Assembly (NCBI GenBank): GCA_040752415.1
Contig: JBFMGU010000001.1
Span: forward strand, 32,001-96,000
DNA: 64,000 bases
Direction: 5' to 3'
DNA from: Myxococcota bacterium
GTDB lineage: Bacteria; Myxococcota; JACRCW01
Part shown: one piece after another, positions 48,101 to 58,400 of the stretch
How positions within the stretch are numbered: position 1 is the first letter of the stretch
How the letters are laid out: the number at the start of each line of letters is the position of its first letter
Translations under genes and position numbers: made by a program
Notes under the pieces: generated by a model
Told to the model about the DNA's origin: nothing
What the model saw: the letters and a program-made list of their open reading frames with translations, nothing else
The model's database searches: none

Positions 48101-51100
48101 GGCATCGAGGACGTCAACCGCAATGGCCAGCGGGAGGCCACCGAGACCGACCCCAACGACGCCGACACCGACAACGACACCTTCTCCGACGGGGCGGAGG
48201 ACCGCAACCAGAACCACGTGGTGGACGTGGGTGAGACCGACCCGCTGGATCCCGACGTGGACACCGACGGCGACGGCATCACCAACCCGCGCGAGGAGAA
48301 CGTCACCCGCACCAACCCCAATGACCCGGACACCGACAACGACGGGATTGTCGACGGCAACGAGGACCGCGACCAGGACGGCATCCTCGGTCTCACGGAG
48401 AGCGACCCCAACCTCATCGACACCGACTGCGACGCGGTGGCGGACGGAGACGAGGACGCCAACAAGAACGGCCTGCGCGACAACGGCGAGACCGACCCGC
48501 GCGACCGCGACAGCGACGACGACGGCCTCCCCGACGGTGTGGAGACCGGCCGCACGGTGAACCTGGACGCGGTCCACTGCGTGGGCGCGCTGGCTCCGCG
48601 GCTGGACGCCAACAGCGCCACCACCACCAACCCGCTCAGCGCCGACACCGACAATGACGGCATCTCCGACGGTGCCGAAGACGCCAACCAGAACGGTGCC
48701 TATGAGCCCGGCCTCGGCGAGCTCAATCCGTCCAATCCCAATGACACCGGCACCGCCGACCAGCAGGCCTGTGCCGCGGGCCAGCTGCGCCCGGTGCAGA
48801 TCATCGGCCGCTCCGGTGCCAAGGCGGACCTCCTCCTCGCCGTGGCGGAGAGCTACGCCCAGGGTGACATCACCGACGTGCAGGTGGCCGGGGAGCAGCG
48901 CGGCGCCATGGTGCTCGAGCGCACCGCGCAGATTGCCGGCTTTGCCATCAAGGTCACCCCGCGGCTGGCGGGCAATGACCTCAGCGAGGAGCTCACGTCG
49001 CTGGAGGCGCTGCTGGGCGTGCCCGGCAACCCGGTGCGCAGCATCTTCAACGCCGAGACCACCTGGGACAACCACCCCGTGATCTTCGCCCAGTACACGT
49101 ACACCGACGACAACAACACCACCGTGGGCGTGGCCGCCACGCGCCTCCTGCAGGCCATCCTCCCCGGCGCCACCGGCGTGCTCAACGCCGCCGACGGCAC
49201 GGGCGGGACGCAGACCGGGCCGTTCCATCTCCAGGTGGAGCTGGTGCACCGCAGCGACAACACCCAGATGGTCGTCGTGGGATTGACCAACGTGGCCAAC
49301 ATCTCCGACGAGACGCGCCTCTTCAAGGTGGATGACCTCACCAACGGCTCGGCGCTGGCCCAGTTCGGCGACACCACCGGCGTGCAGTGCGACCGCCTCA
49401 CCGTGCAGGCGCGGCAGCCGGTGGACTTCCTGTGGGTCGTCGACAACTCCGGCTCCATGGACAATGAGCAGACCGCGCTCTCCACCGCCGCGCAGGCCAT
49501 GAGCGACCAGCTGGGCGCGTCCACCGTGGACTGGCGCATCGCCGTGCTCACCAGTGACGCCGACTACATCGCCAACGACGTGAACTCCTGGAACACCGTG
49601 AACGGCCCGGGTGGTACCCCGCGCTACTGCGCCTTCACGCGCGTGGCGGCGGACTTCCGGACCTGCGTCGACAACGTGGGCATTGGCGGCTCCGGCGCGG
49701 AGAACTTCTTCCGCCCCGTGGCCTGCGTCATGGGCGGCACGGTGATGGGCAAGCGCCACTGCAACCGCAACCAGACGCGCGGCACGGAGACCGACAGCAA
49801 CGGTGACGGCTACTCCGACGCCTACAACGACGGCTACGCGCCCGCGCCCTCGCCCTACAACATGCTGCCGCGCACCGCGGTCGAGGACGCCAATCGGCTG
49901 CGTGAGGGCGCCAAGCTCGTGGTGGTCTTCCTCACCGACACCAACGAGCAATCCGACGGACGCTTCAGCGCCAGCGCCGCCAACCCGGAGCCCGCCCGCT
50001 CGCTCGCCAACCTTCCCGCGTGGCAGGCGTTCTTCAACAACGTCGACGGGCTGGGCAACGCGGAGACCTCCGTGGCGTTCGTGGCGGGCATCACCTGTCC
50101 CGCCGGGGGCAACTGCTCCGACGAGAGCGGCCCCTACATGAACACGCGCTGGCCCACGTTCATGGCCGCCATGGGTGGCGTGCTGGCCGACCTCCCGCCG
50201 GACACCGACCCGCAACAGCAGCAGAAGCTCCAGGCCGCCATCGCCGCCATCCTGGACCAGGCCATCGGCAACGCCAGCCCGTACATCCTCTCCAAGCCGC
50301 CCATCAGCGCGTCCATCAAGGTGGCCATGGAGGGCCAGACCGAGGGCGCGTGCAACGCCGCGGACGTCCCGCGCTCGCGCGTGCATGGCTTCGACTACAA
50401 CCCCACCAACCGCTCCATCGTCTTCTACGGAAACTGTCGCCCGCGCGCCGACGCGGTGGGGACGCGCATCTCGGTCAGCTACAAGTACTGGATCGAGAAC
50501 AGCCCCAACCCCGACGGAAACCCCATCCCCTGCGGCGGCCCGTGCCCCGCGCCGCTGGTGTGCAACGCCACCATCAACCAGTGCGTGTGCCCGGCGGACT
50601 GCGGCGGCAACGCGCCCCGTCCCAACCTGCGCTGTGACACCACGCAGTGTGAGTTCACCTGCCCCGCGGATTGCGGTCAGACCTGCGGCGCGGGCCTGCA
50701 GTGCAACAACTCCGTCGAGGTGTGCGGCTGCGTCTGCCCCGGCTGCGACGGCGCACCGCCCTCCGCCAACCACACCTGCGACCCTGGCACGTGCACCTGG
50801 ACCTGCCCGGAGAACTGCGGCGGCAACCCACCCGGCAACGCGTTCTGCAACATGGAGACGTGTGAGTGGACCTGTCCCAATGACTGCGGCGGCAACCCGC
50901 CCAGCGCCGGCGCCTTCTGCGACCGCGCCACCTGCGACTTCGCGTGCCTCCCGGACTGCGGCGTCTCCTGCGGCCCGGGCTTCGTCTGCGACAACAGCCC
51001 CGACGTGTGCGCGTGCGTCTGCGAGGACTGCGTGGGCGCGCCGCCCAACCCCAACCACCGCTGCGACACGCAGAGCTGCACCTGGATGTGCGACTCCACC

Positions 51101-52084
51101 TGCGGCGGCTCGCCCCCGCCGGGCCAGCACTGGGTGTGCAACACGGAGAGCTGCCTGTGGAGCTGTCCCAGCAACTGTGGCGTCGACGCGCCGGGGCCGA
51201 ACTACCAGTGCAACCAGCAGACCTGCCTCTGGGAGTGTCCGCTGGATTGTGGTGGCGTGCCGCCGGGACCGGGCTTCACCTGCAACCAGCAGACCTGCCA
51301 GTGGACCTGTCCGTCGTGTCCGGGCACCAGCCCCGGGCCGGACTTTGCGTGCAACACGTCCACCTGCCAGTACGAGTGCGCGGCGTGTCCGGGTGAGGCG
51401 CCGGTGCCGGGTTACACCTGCAACCACGCCACGTGCCGCTGGGAGTGCCCCGCGGACTGCGGCAGCACCTCGCCGGGACCGGGCTGGAGCTGCGACCGCG
51501 TGGCCTGCGAGTGGAAGTGCGACGGCACCTGCGGTGGAAGCTGTCCCGGCGCCTCCGTGTGCAACGGTGACCCCGCAGTGTGCGGCTGCGAGTGCCCCGC
51601 GGACTGCGGTGGCGACCCTCCCGGCCCCGGCTTCGCGTGCAACCAGGAAACCTGCCAGTACGAGTGCACCGGCGGATGCGGGCCCAGCCCCGGCGGCGGG
51701 TTCGTCTGCAACCCCGCCACGTGCGAGTACGAGTGCCCCGCGGATTGCGGCAGCCCCTCGCCGGGACCGGGCTACTTCTGCAACCGCGCCACGTGCACGT
51801 GGAACTGCGCCCCGGACTGCAACGGCGTGTGCGGCGCGGGCCGGGAGTGCAACACCGCCTCCTGTGGCTGCACCTGTGACCTGGACGCTCCCTGTCCTTC
51901 CGGGCGCACGCGCGATCCCTCTAGCTGCGAGTGCGTCTGCGACACCTCCGCCATCACCTGCCCGTCGACACACCAGCTGGACCCGGAGACGTGCAGCTGC
52001 GTGTGCAAGCCGGACTGCGGCGGCTGCACCGGCGCCACGTACTGCCAGCAGAGCCTCTGTGAGTGTCTGTACATCCCGGGTTGA
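45179..52084 (+). CDS. cglD: Giant CglD-like lipoprotein: thrombospondin type-3 Ca-binding repeats, VWA domain and Cys-rich tail
   Basis: Lipobox ISWAC, Ser/Gly linker, NPDNATRDSDCDGLSDEQEFG start of TSP3 region, dozens of DxDxDGxxD motifs, MIDAS VDFLWVVDNSGSM, KPPISASIKVA..VPRSRVHGFDY, Cys-rich C-terminus; architecture matches the myxobacterial gliding lipoprotein CglD. Confidence 0.75.
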   Translation: MFRSRLAILVVGTLISWACTTPPGPVAGTDTSSSSGGSDSSGSGTSGSSSSSGSGSTSGSTSGGLDGGSLDATPPILTPDANNPDNATRDSDCDGLSDEQEFGRIWGDGRRTDPGNPDTDGDGIWDGVESGETGSPDPRCAVAPRVDQDPATVSDPTSTDTDGDGIPDGVEDTSHNGALDDGETNPAEVDTDGDGLADGIEDANHDGVVDATETNPGVADTDGDGLSDGLEDKNHNGAREPTETNPRLADTDGDGVPDGVEDANRNGVVDPGESDPLTAELDTDGDGILDAREREVTHTDPNDPDSDDDALPDGVEDRNQDGLRNAGETYPLRVDTDCDGLSDGEEDLNHDGIRDPDEPDPTKADTDFDGIPDGVERGVTSILDATNCPAQPVSAEPPSITNPVSTDSDGDGILDGVEDRNRNGALDPGETGANDADSDNDNIPDGVEDPNHNGVVDPGETDPNVSDPDTDADGITDEHENFITHTNPLEPDSDFDGLTDLQEDRDQDGLQALGETHPLLPDSDCDGINDGDEDANHNGILDQGETDPLNADTDFDLLADGVERGVNSVLDYAHCPNQYVDTDPATTTNPVSRDSDLDGIADGLEDRDHDGACDPNESNPATGDTDNDGFNDGQEDRNRNGVCDPGETCSYVAQVDSDGDGIQDIVEDAHGTDRNDPDTDDDGLNDGREDLNDDGLVNTGETSPLMPDTDCDGLGDGAEDANRDLVVGDTETDPRLADTDGDGLTDGVELGLVSAAGSTGCVDVPVVAGLANLTNPRDPDSDNDGIRDGVEDQDQDGTRNGLETDPNDADTDDDTLVDGAEDRNQNHVVDPGETDPLVFDGDTDGDGIKDVRETAIGTNPNVPDTDGDGLTDGQEDRNADGQLNFGETNPLLVDTDCDGLRDKEEDVNGNGIREATETSPRHTDSDGDLLTDGVERGVTTTAGSPGCAAFPVATAPTNPTLAYLADTDGDGINDGIEDVNRNGQREATETDPNDADTDNDTFSDGAEDRNQNHVVDVGETDPLDPDVDTDGDGITNPREENVTRTNPNDPDTDNDGIVDGNEDRDQDGILGLTESDPNLIDTDCDAVADGDEDANKNGLRDNGETDPRDRDSDDDGLPDGVETGRTVNLDAVHCVGALAPRLDANSATTTNPLSADTDNDGISDGAEDANQNGAYEPGLGELNPSNPNDTGTADQQACAAGQLRPVQIIGRSGAKADLLLAVAESYAQGDITDVQVAGEQRGAMVLERTAQIAGFAIKVTPRLAGNDLSEELTSLEALLGVPGNPVRSIFNAETTWDNHPVIFAQYTYTDDNNTTVGVAATRLLQAILPGATGVLNAADGTGGTQTGPFHLQVELVHRSDNTQMVVVGLTNVANISDETRLFKVDDLTNGSALAQFGDTTGVQCDRLTVQARQPVDFLWVVDNSGSMDNEQTALSTAAQAMSDQLGASTVDWRIAVLTSDADYIANDVNSWNTVNGPGGTPRYCAFTRVAADFRTCVDNVGIGGSGAENFFRPVACVMGGTVMGKRHCNRNQTRGTETDSNGDGYSDAYNDGYAPAPSPYNMLPRTAVEDANRLREGAKLVVVFLTDTNEQSDGRFSASAANPEPARSLANLPAWQAFFNNVDGLGNAETSVAFVAGITCPAGGNCSDESGPYMNTRWPTFMAAMGGVLADLPPDTDPQQQQKLQAAIAAILDQAIGNASPYILSKPPISASIKVAMEGQTEGACNAADVPRSRVHGFDYNPTNRSIVFYGNCRPRADAVGTRISVSYKYWIENSPNPDGNPIPCGGPCPAPLVCNATINQCVCPADCGGNAPRPNLRCDTTQCEFTCPADCGQTCGAGLQCNNSVEVCGCVCPGCDGAPPSANHTCDPGTCTWTCPENCGGNPPGNAFCNMETCEWTCPNDCGGNPPSAGAFCDRATCDFACLPDCGVSCGPGFVCDNSPDVCACVCEDCVGAPPNPNHRCDTQSCTWMCDSTCGGSPPPGQHWVCNTESCLWSCPSNCGVDAPGPNYQCNQQTCLWECPLDCGGVPPGPGFTCNQQTCQWTCPSCPGTSPGPDFACNTSTCQYECAACPGEAPVPGYTCNHATCRWECPADCGSTSPGPGWSCDRVACEWKCDGTCGGSCPGASVCNGDPAVCGCECPADCGGDPPGPGFACNQETCQYECTGGCGPSPGGGFVCNPATCEYECPADCGSPSPGPGYFCNRATCTWNCAPDCNGVCGAGRECNTASCGCTCDLDAPCPSGRTRDPSSCECVCDTSAITCPSTHQLDPETCSCVCKPDCGGCTGATYCQQSLCECLYIPG
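46022..48750 (+). repeat. Five higher-order (186-187 aa) super-repeats of TSP3 motifs inside the CglD-like gene
   Basis: Units start at 46022, 46583, 47144, 47702 and 48260 (spacing 561, 561, 558, 558 bp); each contains D[TS]DCD and GVE.G..x..C; the last unit is shorter. Confidence 0.85.
50531..52081 (+). repeat. About 22 Cys-rich repeats (e.g. PADCGGxxPGPGFxCNxxTCx[WY]xC), interspersed with CxCxC units
   Basis: Read directly from the translation of the C-terminal ~515 aa. Confidence 0.9.
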
Positions 52085-52099
52085 CGACGGGAGCGGGCC

Positions 52100-52537
52100 A
52101 TGACGGTGGATGCACAGCACGGGCTGTACCTGCGTCGGGATGGGACGTGGCTGGAGGACGGGGAGGAGGTCACGCACCCGCGCCTGGCCGCGCTGCTCCA
52201 CCGCAGCATTGCCCGCGCTCCCGACGGGAGCCTGGTGGTCACCACCGGTCGCGACGTGCGGCCCATTGCCTGTGAGGACCTCCCCTTGCGCGTGTTGTGG
52301 GTCGATCTCCCCGGTGACGACGTGCTCCTGCACCTCAGCAACGAGCGCACCGAACCGCTGAAGCCCGAGTCCCTGCTGGTCGACGTCGACGACAGCTGGC
52401 GCTGCCTCGCCGACGGAAACCTGGGGGCCCGTTTCACGCGGGCCGCGCAGCTGCAGCTGGCCGAGCACGTCACCGAGGAGAGTGGAGGATTCGTGCTGCG
52501 GGTGGGGGCTCGCACCCTTCCGCTGCGCGCGGCGTAG
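52100..52537 (+). CDS. DUF1285-like hypothetical protein
   Basis: DGTW..DGEEVTHPRLAALL...DGS..V..G....I.CEDLP pattern recalled for DUF1285; GGGAG RBS. Confidence 0.55.
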   Translation: MTVDAQHGLYLRRDGTWLEDGEEVTHPRLAALLHRSIARAPDGSLVVTTGRDVRPIACEDLPLRVLWVDLPGDDVLLHLSNERTEPLKPESLLVDVDDSWRCLADGNLGARFTRAAQLQLAEHVTEESGGFVLRVGARTLPLRAA

Positions 52538-52576
52538 ATTCGTCCGTTGGCCACGCCGTGCTAGCGTGCGCCACGC

Positions 52577-53803
52577 ATGTCCAGCCTGGGTACCGAGACC
52601 GTTGGCGGCTACCAGATCAGCCAGCTCCTGGCGGCGGGCGGCATGGCCGAGATCTACCTGGCGCGGAAGATCGGCCCCGGCGGCTTCGAGAAGCGCGTGG
52701 TGCTCAAGCGCATCGCCAAGAAGCTGCTCGGTGACAAGGAGATCGAGGCCATGTTCCTGGACGAGGCGCGCGTGCAGGCGCTCCTCGACCATCCCCACGT
52801 GGTGCAGATCCATGACATGGGCGTGGACAAGGGCAGCTACTGGATCGCCATGGAGTTCGTCAGTGGCGCCACGTTGCGCTGGGTCATCGACAACGCCAAC
52901 GCGGTGGGCCGTCCCGTCCCCATCTCCCACGCGCTGCGCGTGGTGGGCGACGTGCTCAACGGCCTGCACTATGCGCATGAGCTGTCCGACCACAAAGGCC
53001 GCCCGCTGGGCCTCATCCACCGCGACATCAGCCCGGTGAACGTGCTGGTCTCCCGCGCGGGCTGCGCCAAGCTGTGCGACTTCGGCGTGGCCAAGAGCCG
53101 CCTGCAGTCGGTGATGACGCGCGTGGGCATCGTGAAGGGGAAGTTCCGCTACATGGCGCCGGAGCAGGTGAACGCGGCGCCGCTGGACCGTCGCGCGGAC
53201 ATCTTCGCGGTGGGCGCGGTGCTCTGGGAGATCCTGGCGGGCCGACGCCTGTTCGACCAGCAGCCGGAGGACGCCGTCGTCGACGCCATCCGCAGCGGGG
53301 AGTACCCCAGCGTGCGCGAGTTCCGCCCGGAGGTGCCGCGCGCGGTGGACCGCGTCATCAAGCGCGCGCTGGACCCGGAGCCGGAGCGTCGCTTTGCAAG
53401 CGCCCGGGATTTCCAGATGGCCACCGAGGAGCTGCTGCGCCTGCTGCCGGAGAGCTGCAACGCCGCGGTGCTGGGCGAGTACCTGGTGGCGGAGCTGGAG
53501 GGCACCGCGGGACTGGAGCCGCCGCCCAAGAACAACAACCTCCCCGACGAGAGCGGGCTGCTCGCCGCCAACTTCGAGCTGCTGGACCCACCGCTCCCCG
53601 ACGCCAGCGCCGCGGAGAAACGACGCGCCGAGCCCACGCGCACCCCGCAGCCCACGCGGGAGGTCAGTGAGATCCGGGAGGCATCCGCCGGCATGAAGCT
53701 GCTGGCCGCGCTGCTGATGGCCCCGGCATTGATCTTCGCGCTGCCCGCCGAGATCGTCCGCGGCGTGGCCGGCCTGTTCTCCCGCGACAAGCAGGGCGCT
53801 TAG
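52577..53803 (+). CDS. Serine/threonine protein kinase (Hanks type, myxobacterial Pkn-like) with C-terminal hydrophobic segment
   Basis: LAAGGMAEIYLA, VVLKRI, FLDEAR, HRDISPVNVL, DFGVAK, GKFRYMAPEQ, DIFAVG. Confidence 0.95.
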   Translation: MSSLGTETVGGYQISQLLAAGGMAEIYLARKIGPGGFEKRVVLKRIAKKLLGDKEIEAMFLDEARVQALLDHPHVVQIHDMGVDKGSYWIAMEFVSGATLRWVIDNANAVGRPVPISHALRVVGDVLNGLHYAHELSDHKGRPLGLIHRDISPVNVLVSRAGCAKLCDFGVAKSRLQSVMTRVGIVKGKFRYMAPEQVNAAPLDRRADIFAVGAVLWEILAGRRLFDQQPEDAVVDAIRSGEYPSVREFRPEVPRAVDRVIKRALDPEPERRFASARDFQMATEELLRLLPESCNAAVLGEYLVAELEGTAGLEPPPKNNNLPDESGLLAANFELLDPPLPDASAAEKRRAEPTRTPQPTREVSEIREASAGMKLLAALLMAPALIFALPAEIVRGVAGLFSRDKQGA

Positions 53804-53809
53804 GCTTGT

Positions 53810-54172
53810 TTAGCGTCCGGGCAGCAGCAGGGAGCGCGCCACGCGGTTCTCCGCAATCAGCTCGTCAAAGAGCCGCATGGTGTCTTCCGCGGTGATGAAG
53901 TGGAGCCGGTCACCCAGGAACACGGAGAAGAACATGCGCGGCCCGCCGTTGCGCGGCAGCCCCAGCGCTTCCATGTGATACGCGAACTTGGGCGCCACGC
54001 GCTCCGCCACGTCGGGGAGGGACTCCTCCGGCTTCACCACCACCTCGTAGGAGCGCACCTCCGCCCGCAGCTCCTCCGCGCGCTGGGCGCGGTGGTGGCC
54101 AATGGCCGCCGTGGCGTGGAGGGCGTTGGTGCTGTCAAAGGCCAGGTCCAGCCAGTCCTGCATCTGCCGCAT
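53810..54172 (-). CDS. Hypothetical protein (possibly a small conserved myxobacterial family)
   Basis: 120-aa ORF downstream of the M23 gene on the same strand; SYEVVV..PKFAYHME..FFSVFLGDRLHFI. Confidence 0.55.
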   Translation of the reverse strand: MRQMQDWLDLAFDSTNALHATAAIGHHRAQRAEELRAEVRSYEVVVKPEESLPDVAERVAPKFAYHMEALGLPRNGGPRMFFSVFLGDRLHFITAEDTMRLFDELIAENRVARSLLLPGR

Positions 54173-54193
54173 GGGGGACCCTGTAACGGGTGG

Positions 54194-55240
54194 TCAGGAG
54201 CGCGGCACGGCCGGTCCGTCCGCCGTCAGCGGAACCTCCAGCGCGTCCAGCGGATCCATGAACTGGCCGTTGCGGCTCACCGCGAAGTGCAGGTGCGGTC
54301 CCGTGCTGCGCCCGGTGTCGCCCATGAGCCCCAGCGGCGTGCCCGCCTCTACCCGCGTCCCCGGCTCGACGAGGATCTTGCTCAGGTGGCTGTAGTGCGT
54401 GCGGTAGCCGTGCGCGTGCAGCACCACGATGTGGTTGCCGCTGCCGCCGTGCCAGTCGCTGTAGGCCACAATCCCCGGCCCTGACGCCGTCACCAGGCTG
54501 CCCTCAGCGCCCGCCAGGTCCACGCCGGCGTGGAAGCGCGTCTTGTGGCGCATGATGGGGTCCCGACGGTGGCCGTAGTAGCTGGTGATGTTCACCATCT
54601 GCACCGGCAGCACCAGGGTCACCGGCTCGTCGGACTCCACGCGCTGGGCCAGGGCAAATCCGCCGTCGGCGTTCTCCCGCAACATGCGCACGCGCTCATC
54701 CACCAGCCCCAGCGCCTCACGCCAGCGCGCCTTGAGGTCCGGCGGCACCGACTTGTAGCGACGCTCATCCTGCTCGAACTCCGCTTCCAGCGTGACGCGC
54801 GTGCGGATGAACGTGCTGAGCTCCACCGCCTCCGTGCCTTCCTCCGGCTCACCCATGCAGGCGCGCTCCACCTGGTCCAGGATCAGGTACCAGCCACGCT
54901 CCACCTCCGCGGGCATGATCTCCGCGCGCTTCCTGGTCCGCACCATCCCGCGGGACGCCGCAAACCTCCGCAGCTGCTGGTCCAGCTCGGTGGCCACCGT
55001 GGGCGGCACCACCTTCTTGACGGGGAGCACCGGGCGCGCGGACTTCTTGCTTGTCGTCGGGGCGGCGGCGGTCTTCTGCTGCTTGCTCGTCGTGGGTTTG
55101 GCCGCCGCGGGGGCCGGAGCGGGCGCGGGAGTGGTCTGGGCCACCGGTTCCGTCGGGGAAGCCGAGGAGCGGGAGCTGCCAGCGGTGGCGCAGCCAGCCA
55201 GCAGGGAGATCACCAAAAGCGGAAATGCAGCGCGGGGCAC
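54194..55240 (-). CDS. M23 family metallopeptidase lipoprotein
   Basis: Lipobox LLAGC, Pro/Ala/Thr linker, ITSYYGHRRDP, HAGVD (HxxxD), YSHLS, GDTGRSTGPHLHF (HxH). Confidence 0.92.
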   Translation of the reverse strand: MPRAAFPLLVISLLAGCATAGSSRSSASPTEPVAQTTPAPAPAPAAAKPTTSKQQKTAAAPTTSKKSARPVLPVKKVVPPTVATELDQQLRRFAASRGMVRTRKRAEIMPAEVERGWYLILDQVERACMGEPEEGTEAVELSTFIRTRVTLEAEFEQDERRYKSVPPDLKARWREALGLVDERVRMLRENADGGFALAQRVESDEPVTLVLPVQMVNITSYYGHRRDPIMRHKTRFHAGVDLAGAEGSLVTASGPGIVAYSDWHGGSGNHIVVLHAHGYRTHYSHLSKILVEPGTRVEAGTPLGLMGDTGRSTGPHLHFAVSRNGQFMDPLDALEVPLTADGPAVPRS

Positions 55241-55427
55241 AACGCCACTCTAGTGGGAGCGCGCTCGCATCCTCCAGTCGCCGGATATCCCACTTCGCCA
55301 CTGACGCGTCGCACCATCCTACTCTATCCGACCAGTCGGGTCGGTCATGGTGGGGATGCTACCCACCCGCCACGATCCTAGGGTCCCTCCTCCCGTTGTC
55401 CTCCGTCATTCCGTGGAGTGTCTGCTC

Positions 55428-58400
55428 ATGCGCCGGTCCCCAACCCTGCTTGTCAGCGCGCTGGTCCTGATGTCCCTGACCCGCTGCGACTGTGGCGAGA
55501 CGCTGGATTCCCTCCCCAAGCCGGAGGTCCTCGTGCAGGACCCACTCACCGGCGCCAAGAACGACGACCCCCTGGACGCCGACGACGGAAACGCGCCGCT
55601 GCAGGTGGCCTTTGGCACCGGAGAGGTGGGCGCGCCGGTGGTGGTGCGCAAGGTGGAGATCAAGAACCTGGGCAACGACGCGCTGAAGGTGGAGAGCCTG
55701 AAGTTCGCTCCCGCCGCGCCGGATGATCCCATCTGTCCCTCGCCCTCGGCGGCCATCAAGTTCCGCGGCGCGGCGGCCTTCGAGGTGCCCGCGGGCGGCA
55801 CCCAGGAGGTGGAGGTGGTGTTCGAGCCGGCGGGCGGCAGCCACTGTCGCATCCTGCTGGTGAAGAGCAATGACGAGGACGAGGCCACCGTGAAGGTCTA
55901 TTTCACGGCGGCGGGGGAGGGCGCCAACCTGTGCGTCGTGGACAATCCCACCGGCGTCATTGACTTTGGCACCTCCCGCCCCGGCACCGAGAAGCGCAAG
56001 ACCCAGCGGATCGAGAGCTGCGGCACCAAGAGCCTGCGCATCAGTGACCTCTCCATCGACGACCAGCTCAACCCGGTCTTCACCATCGTCTCCCCCACCA
56101 GCGCGCCGGCCAACGAGCTCCCGCCGTGCAACGGCAGCAACGCCGCGGAGTGCGGTCTCGACGTGGAGCTGAGCTTCATCCCCAACCAGGGTGGCACCTT
56201 CAGCGGCACGCTCAACGTGCGGACGCAGGCCGCCGGCGGTGAGGTGGTCTACCCGTTCCAGCTGCTGGGCAAGGGCGCGGAGTGCAACCTCAGCGTCTCC
56301 CCGCTGAATGTGAACTTTGGCGCGGTGGCGTCGGGACAGAGCGCCATCCAGACCGTGGTGCTGCGCAACAGCGGCGTGTGTCACTGTGAAGTCGACAGCA
56401 TCAGCGCCCTGGACCCCGCGGACCGCGGCTTCTCCTTCGTCAGCCCGCCGGCCACGCCGTTCGTCCTCAAGGGCACCGACGGGTGCGACGGCGACCCGAC
56501 CCCCGACGCCGACGACACCAACACGCTGATCCTGCAGGTGAAGTATGAGCCCGGCCAGCGCCCCGACGCGGTGACCGACAGCGCCAGCTTCCACGTCCTC
56601 TCCGCCGACAACACCACCAACCCGGACTTCACGGTGAACCTGGAGGCCAACGGTGGCGGCACGCCGCGCTGCCAGCTGGAGGTGGACCCGGTGTTGCCGC
56701 CCACGGCGTCGTCGAACAACCCGTTTGACCTGCTGCCCGAGGGCCAGGACAGCTACCAGCGCTACGGCCTCTTGCGCTTTGGCAAGACCAACAAGCAGAC
56801 GACCAAGCGCCTGCCCATCACGCTGACCAACACCGGCAACGCGCCCTGCGACATCAACGAGCTGGCCTGGGACACCCCCGTCACGGCGCAGCACCACTTT
56901 GCCATGGAGGACAGCGCGGGCAGTCCGCTGTTCGTGGGCGGCAACCCCGGTCTCTCCGTGCCCGCGGGTGAGGCGCTGGTGCTCTACGCCACGTACACGC
57001 CGGCGGAGTCCGGGGAGAAGTGGGTGGGCGCGCTCAACGTGGACAACGGGACGCGCATCTTCCTGTGCGGCGGCTTCTTCAATCTGGAGGACTGCACCGG
57101 CAACGGCGTGCGCATCACCGTCAGCAACGCCGCCAACATCGACACCACGGCCATTGGCGGCGGTCCCGGCGTGCTCTCGTTCGGCTTCAACGCGGAGAGC
57201 GTGGAGCCCGCCATCGAGGTCATTCCCGGGGAGCTGGACTTTGGCCTGGTGACGCTGGGCTGCGGCTCCGAGGAGCGGGAGGTCAAGATCTACAACACCG
57301 GCAACGGTGACCTGCTGGTGGCGGGCACCTCCATCAACCCCACGACGAATCCGCCGGAGTTCAAGATCACCGCCAGCCCCGCGCCGCCCACCGTCACCGT
57401 GGCGCCGGGCCAGTCCATCCGCGTGAAGGTGCGCTTCTATCCACGTCATGAAGGACTGCACCAGGCCAACCTGGTCATCACCACTGACGAGGGCCAGGGC
57501 AACTACAGTGAGTTCACCGTGCCGCTGAAGGGTGAGGGCACCACGGAGAGCCACGTGGTGGACGTGTTCCGCCAGCTCACCGACCCCATGGTCGACGTGC
57601 TGTGGGTGGTGGATGACTCCGGCTCCATGAGTGAGGAGCAGGCGCAGCTGGCGCAGAACTTCCCGCGCTTCTTCGGCGACACCACCATCACCAACGTGGA
57701 CTACCACGTGGCCGTGACGACGACGCTGTACTCCGAGGAGCCCTGCTTCCCGGACCTCAGCAATCCCAACGCTACCTGCGCCACGGAGCCGGACGCCAAG
57801 GCGGGCTGGTACACCGCGTGTAACGCCAATGAGCACTTCATCACGCGTGACACGGCCGACCCCAACGCGACCTTTGCGTGCAACGCCACCGTGGGTGACA
57901 CCAGCAACGTGCATCCCTCCCGCCCGCAGTCCAGCCAGGAAGCGGGCCTGGCAGCGGCCAAGCTGTTCCTGACCCAGCCCAACATCACGGACCCGGCCAT
58001 CAACGGCGGCTTCCTCCGCGACGACGCCAAGCTGTACGTGATCATCGTCTCCGACGAGCAGGACTACAGCGAGGGACCCACCGACCTGTACGTGGACTTC
58101 TTCCAGAACCTGAAGGGCTTCCAGAACCGCTCGCTGGTGAGTGTCAGCGCCATCGCGGGTCGCGTGCCCGACGGTTGTGGCGATCCCAACGGCGGCGGCG
58201 CGGAGGCGGGCACGCGCTACAAGGACGTGGTCGACGGCGTGAACAACGGCCTGTTCCTGGACATCTGCGACTCCCAGTGGGGTGAGCGCCTGGATGAGCT
58301 GGCGTTTGACTCCTTTGGTCTCAAGACGCAGTTCTTCCTCACGCGCGGCGCCGACCCCACGCAGCTCACCGTGTGCATCTCCGACCAGGACCTCAACGCC

